Source of the DNA: Podarcis gaigeae
Lineage: Eukaryota
DNA: 64,000 nt
Direction: 5' to 3' (one strand)
NCBI GenBank assembly: GCA_964106915.2
Contig: OZ066920.1
Position numbers and translations under genes: made by a program. Below the pieces are notes generated by a model that was not told where the DNA came from, ran no database searches, and saw only the letters and a program-made list of their open reading frames with translations. Position 1 is the first letter of the stretch. The number at the start of each line of letters is the position of its first letter. This document shows, piece by piece, positions 60,331-64,000 of the stretch.

Positions 60331-62479
60331 ACTTGTAAAACAAAACTATGGCTTACCTGGGAGCAAACCCCATTAACCTCAGTCAAATTTATTTCTAAGC
60401 AGGTATATACACGAGGTGTTTAAAATAAGGATTTTGCTTTGCACCATTAAAACAGCATACTGTATAGCGGAGGAAAACCATAAGTTTTCATAGAATAGTT
60501 TATTTTAAAAAATACTTGTTTCAAACTGTTTTTATTAAACAATTGGACAATTCTTCTCAGCTGTTCAATTTAATTTACACAATAACTTACATTTGAACAA
60601 CAGTGACAGTACCAAACCATCTTCATTATAACTTGTATCACTGGAACTTAATTGGTATCCGAGTAATAACCATGTTTACCATTGATAGGGTCAGTCTTCT
60701 ATCACATTTTTTCCAGCAATCTTTACAACAGCACTAAGAGGTCAGCTAGTAAGATTACCCCCACATTATAAGACAAGATGACACTTAATGTTAGTAGTTT
60801 TCTTACAGCCATCGCCTGAGATGTGTTGAGATTGGAAAGAAATACCTGGCTAATGCTCTTAATTGTTTTCCTATACTAAGTCCAGATACTACGACCGGGT
60901 TAGTAGACATGAGATTCTGCAATGCTGGCAGTATCGCCAGTGAGAGACAGAACAGTGGCTCCAATAATTTTACTAAGAAAGTGGTCTGTTGGTGATAACT
61001 GTGACAATGGATTGATGGATTATATGACTGTGGCTCCTTCCATAATTCTCTTCCCCAAAGCAGCCATATCAGAAGTGGTCCCAAGATAAAGACAGTAACC
61101 TTGTTATCCAGCAAGTTGGCAGGTAACCCATGCAGCTGTGTTTAGGCTGGAGGAGAAGGGATAGAGCTGGCAAAGTTACTACTAGTACTACTACTACTAT
61201 TACTTCTATTCTACCTTGCCATCAAGGACTTCAAGGTGGTATACTAGCTTCTTTCTCTTCCCATTTTATCCTCATGGCCTTGTGAGGGGAGTGAGTGAGA
61301 TGGTGAATGGCCCATGGTCACCCACCAAGTTTCATGGCTTAAGTGAAAGTTTGAACACGGGTCTCCCAGACCCTAGTCTCAACAAAGATTGCCAGCCCCC
61401 TTGAGGCCCCAGGGCCCATTTGTAAACCAGAGAAACTCATGGGCACCACACACACCATAACATGTCGACTACAGCAGAATGCATCTTCCAAGCCTAATTT
61501 TAGAAGGGGGGAAAGGAACCTGGGAGCATCAGGTAAGGTCTCTGGGCACACCTGTGTCCATTGGCAACAGCTGCTCTAATCGTCCCCCACTGGCTCTGAA
61601 TAATGGCCTGCTGTTTTCCCAGAGTTGAAACTATGGAATTTGTTACTGCAAGATGCGACGGCTGCCACCTTAAATGGCTTTAAAGGAGGACTAGAAAAAA
61701 TCATGGATAATAAGGCTATCAATAACTACTGTTCGTGATAGCTGTGTAGCACTTCAGGTATCAGAGGCTGTAATGCCATTGAATGCCAGTTATTGGTGGG
61801 TAGGGAGAGGATATTTATTTGGGCTCATGCCCTGCCTGCAAGCTTTCCATAGGCTTCTTGGTGGCTGGCCACTAGGAAACTACCGTAGTTAGAATGGGAC
61901 TACAGTCTGATCTAGCTTGGCTTTTCTTATTTCGTAGGCACTGCACACATCGTACATTTAAAGCACTGCCCCCAAGAATCCTGGGAAATGTAGCTTCCCC
62001 CATCAGAGCTACAATTCCCAGTTTTCTTGATAAAAATATACAGTTCCTGGGCTTCTTTTGAGGGGGAAATGTGCTTCAGATATATGGTTTTTAGGTTTTT
62101 TTAAAGCCCACTTAGGAACATTAGCATTAACATTGGTTGCCAGCAACCAGAGGAACAGCAGCGTTCTCTTACAACCACTTACTTGGGATTAAGCCTCAAT
62201 GAACTAAATTGACTTATTTCTGAATAGGCACCCACAGGATTGTGCTTTAGCCCTACTGACCTCCTGTCAGGAGTCCATGGAACCTTACAGGCAAATACTT
62301 TTCATTGTGCTGTGAATTCTTACCCAATAACCTCTCTCCCTCAAAAGCTTTGAAAGAGCGAACACGTATAAAGCAGAAGTTGAGCCAAAAATTCGTGTTT
62401 TCGCCTACGGATTTTAATGCATGCTCTCCCAGTTTTATCTCATGCCAAAGATTCTGCATGGCTAATTTTTTACCCACTA

Positions 62480-63200
62480 ACCGAGCAGCACTGCGCCGAG
62501 TAGAACAAGGAAGTGTCTCTAACATGCCGCTTTAGGAGCGAACATCAAAGCCAGCCCAGTATTCCAAATCCCTTTGAGGTGGCGGCGCTCAGGCTGCCAT
62601 TGGCCGAAGAGGGTGTGACGTATTCTAAATCGCCGGGGTCGGCGCGCCATCTGATGGTTCTAACGAGTTTGCATCGGTGATCCACGTGCTTGTTGGGACA
62701 GAAGCGGCTGCTAAGGAGGTGGGGATACGGGAAAATTTCTTTATTTTGTGGGGGCGGGAAGACTTCTAATGGCGCCAAATTTCCAGAGAGTTACTGTGTG
62801 TGTGTTGTGATTCCCAAAATGCGGGCGGATTCCATATATTCATTCTCCCAACCGGGACGCGGTGGGGGGAGCCATCCCCACGTGCGTTTCAAACCCTAGG
62901 TGGTCGGCTTCCAGAAGCACCCCTCCAGGTTGCTCCCTGGTCCCGTGCATCCGGCGCGGTGGCAGAATGCTTTCGCTTAAAATCCGAATCGGTTTCCAAC
63001 CGGCTTCTTTTGGAGGCTGCTGGCGATAGGCTGGAGATAAGCAGAGGGTTGGAGTCGAGCTGGGAAGGAGGTAGCGCGCAGGCGACCACAACGGGCGGGC
63101 AAGCTGCCGGGTGAGTCGGCCGCTTGGGCGCCAAGATCCAAGCCTGGGGAGCAAACGGCGGGCTTTGTTGAGCGTGCAACGCCCTGGGGATGGGGAGCTT
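62480..63200 (+). promoter_or_regulatory. CpG island promoter and probable non-coding first exon of the next plus-strand gene
   Basis: CpG-rich; donor CGG|GTGAGT at 63111 (second candidate CAA|GTAAGC at 63444); GC box, ATTGG, TGACGT and CACGTG motifs. Confidence 0.6.
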
Positions 63201-63980
63201 GGTTTGGAATGGCTGGGCGCTGCATAGTGTGGAAGTGGGTGCAGCTTTTGAACGCATAACTGCTTTTAAAAGAAGAGAGCGGTCTGATCTGGCACTGCAC
63301 GTTAGGAGCTGTTCTCCTGCACCGATCCTTTCCCTAGATGTACACGAGTTTTTCGCTTTTGCTCCCTTATCCTCGCTTTCCCCAGTGCTCTTCCAGCGTT
63401 TGCCGGAGCAGCAAGTTCCCTTCAGTTCAGTGAGATTCTCCAAGTAAGCCTGTTTAGGGCTGCAGCATCAGAGTGCCGTTCTATGCATGCCTGTTCCCAC
63501 TGCATCCCATGGGATTTACTTTTACCTGCCTAGCACAATAGACTGCAGTTTTACTTCTTGATCCTAGGCATGTTTACGTGGGCGTCCCACTGAATTCAGC
63601 TGGGCTTACTCCAAGAAAAGTTTCATTGGCTTATGTAGCCAAATCTTATACGTGTTTACTTAGAAGTAAGTTCAACCAGTTTCCAAGTAAATTCTGAGTT
63701 TGTCCAGAAGATCAAGGGCAAGCCTAGACATGTTTATCAGCAGTAGGTCCTGCTGTCCTGTCTTACCCAAATGATAAGCAAAAGGAAAATAATAAATGGA
63801 AAATTTCATATCTGAGTGCAACTTTAATGTTCACTCTTTCACTCCTACTAAGCTTAAATGTGACCTTATGTTGTACATTTATACCTCCAGACATAGTTCC
63901 ATTGTGGGTGGGCTTGTGACTGTCTAGGTTTTGTTAATTAAACATGCCTGACGTTCGTTTTCCCTTTGTAGGCGTGCAAA

Positions 63981-64000
63981 ATGGCAGAAAGACCTATTTG
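63981..64000 (+). CDS. Possible start of an unidentified CDS (MAERPI...), truncated by the window edge
   Basis: Acceptor tttttccctttgtag ending at 63971 followed by AAAATGG Kozak context; only 6 full codons visible. Confidence 0.35.

Noticed and set aside
62889-63443. 184-aa minus-strand ORF
   Set aside because: Non-ATG start, GC-rich promoter region, no recognisable domain or splice support

Overview
Vertebrate nuclear DNA, almost certainly a squamate and probably a lacertid lizard (Sauria SINE, BovB tail, reptile-type Penelope/hAT/Tc1 MITEs). Gene order matches the block syntenic with human 18q23. It runs: a CpG-island promoter with no coding sequence in the window (SLC66A2/PQLC1 by synteny only), HSBP1L1 (+, 4 coding exons, one AT-AC minor-spliceosome intron), TXNL4A/Dim1 (-, 142 aa), three tandem intact D-2-hydroxyacid dehydrogenase paralogues (glyoxylate/hydroxypyruvate or 2-ketogluconate reductase-like, +, conserved 382/172/179/97/157(154)-nt exon layout), RBFA (+, 7 exons, one GC-AG intron), and a final CpG island with the start of another gene. 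A full-length, ORF-intact L1 retrotransposon (6248 bp, 18-bp TSD) sits between reductase copies 2 and 3. The most notable items are (i) the reductase triplet, which keeps the catalytic triad but diverges at substrate-pocket residues and 5' ends, (ii) a Penelope-derived inverted repeat carrying two minimal hammerhead-ribozyme cores, whose loop was copied from neighbouring genomic DNA, and (iii) the young L1 with a proline-rich ORF1 tail and an outward-facing antisense ORF. No CRISPR, rRNA or bona fide tRNA genes were seen. All coordinates were derived by hand.
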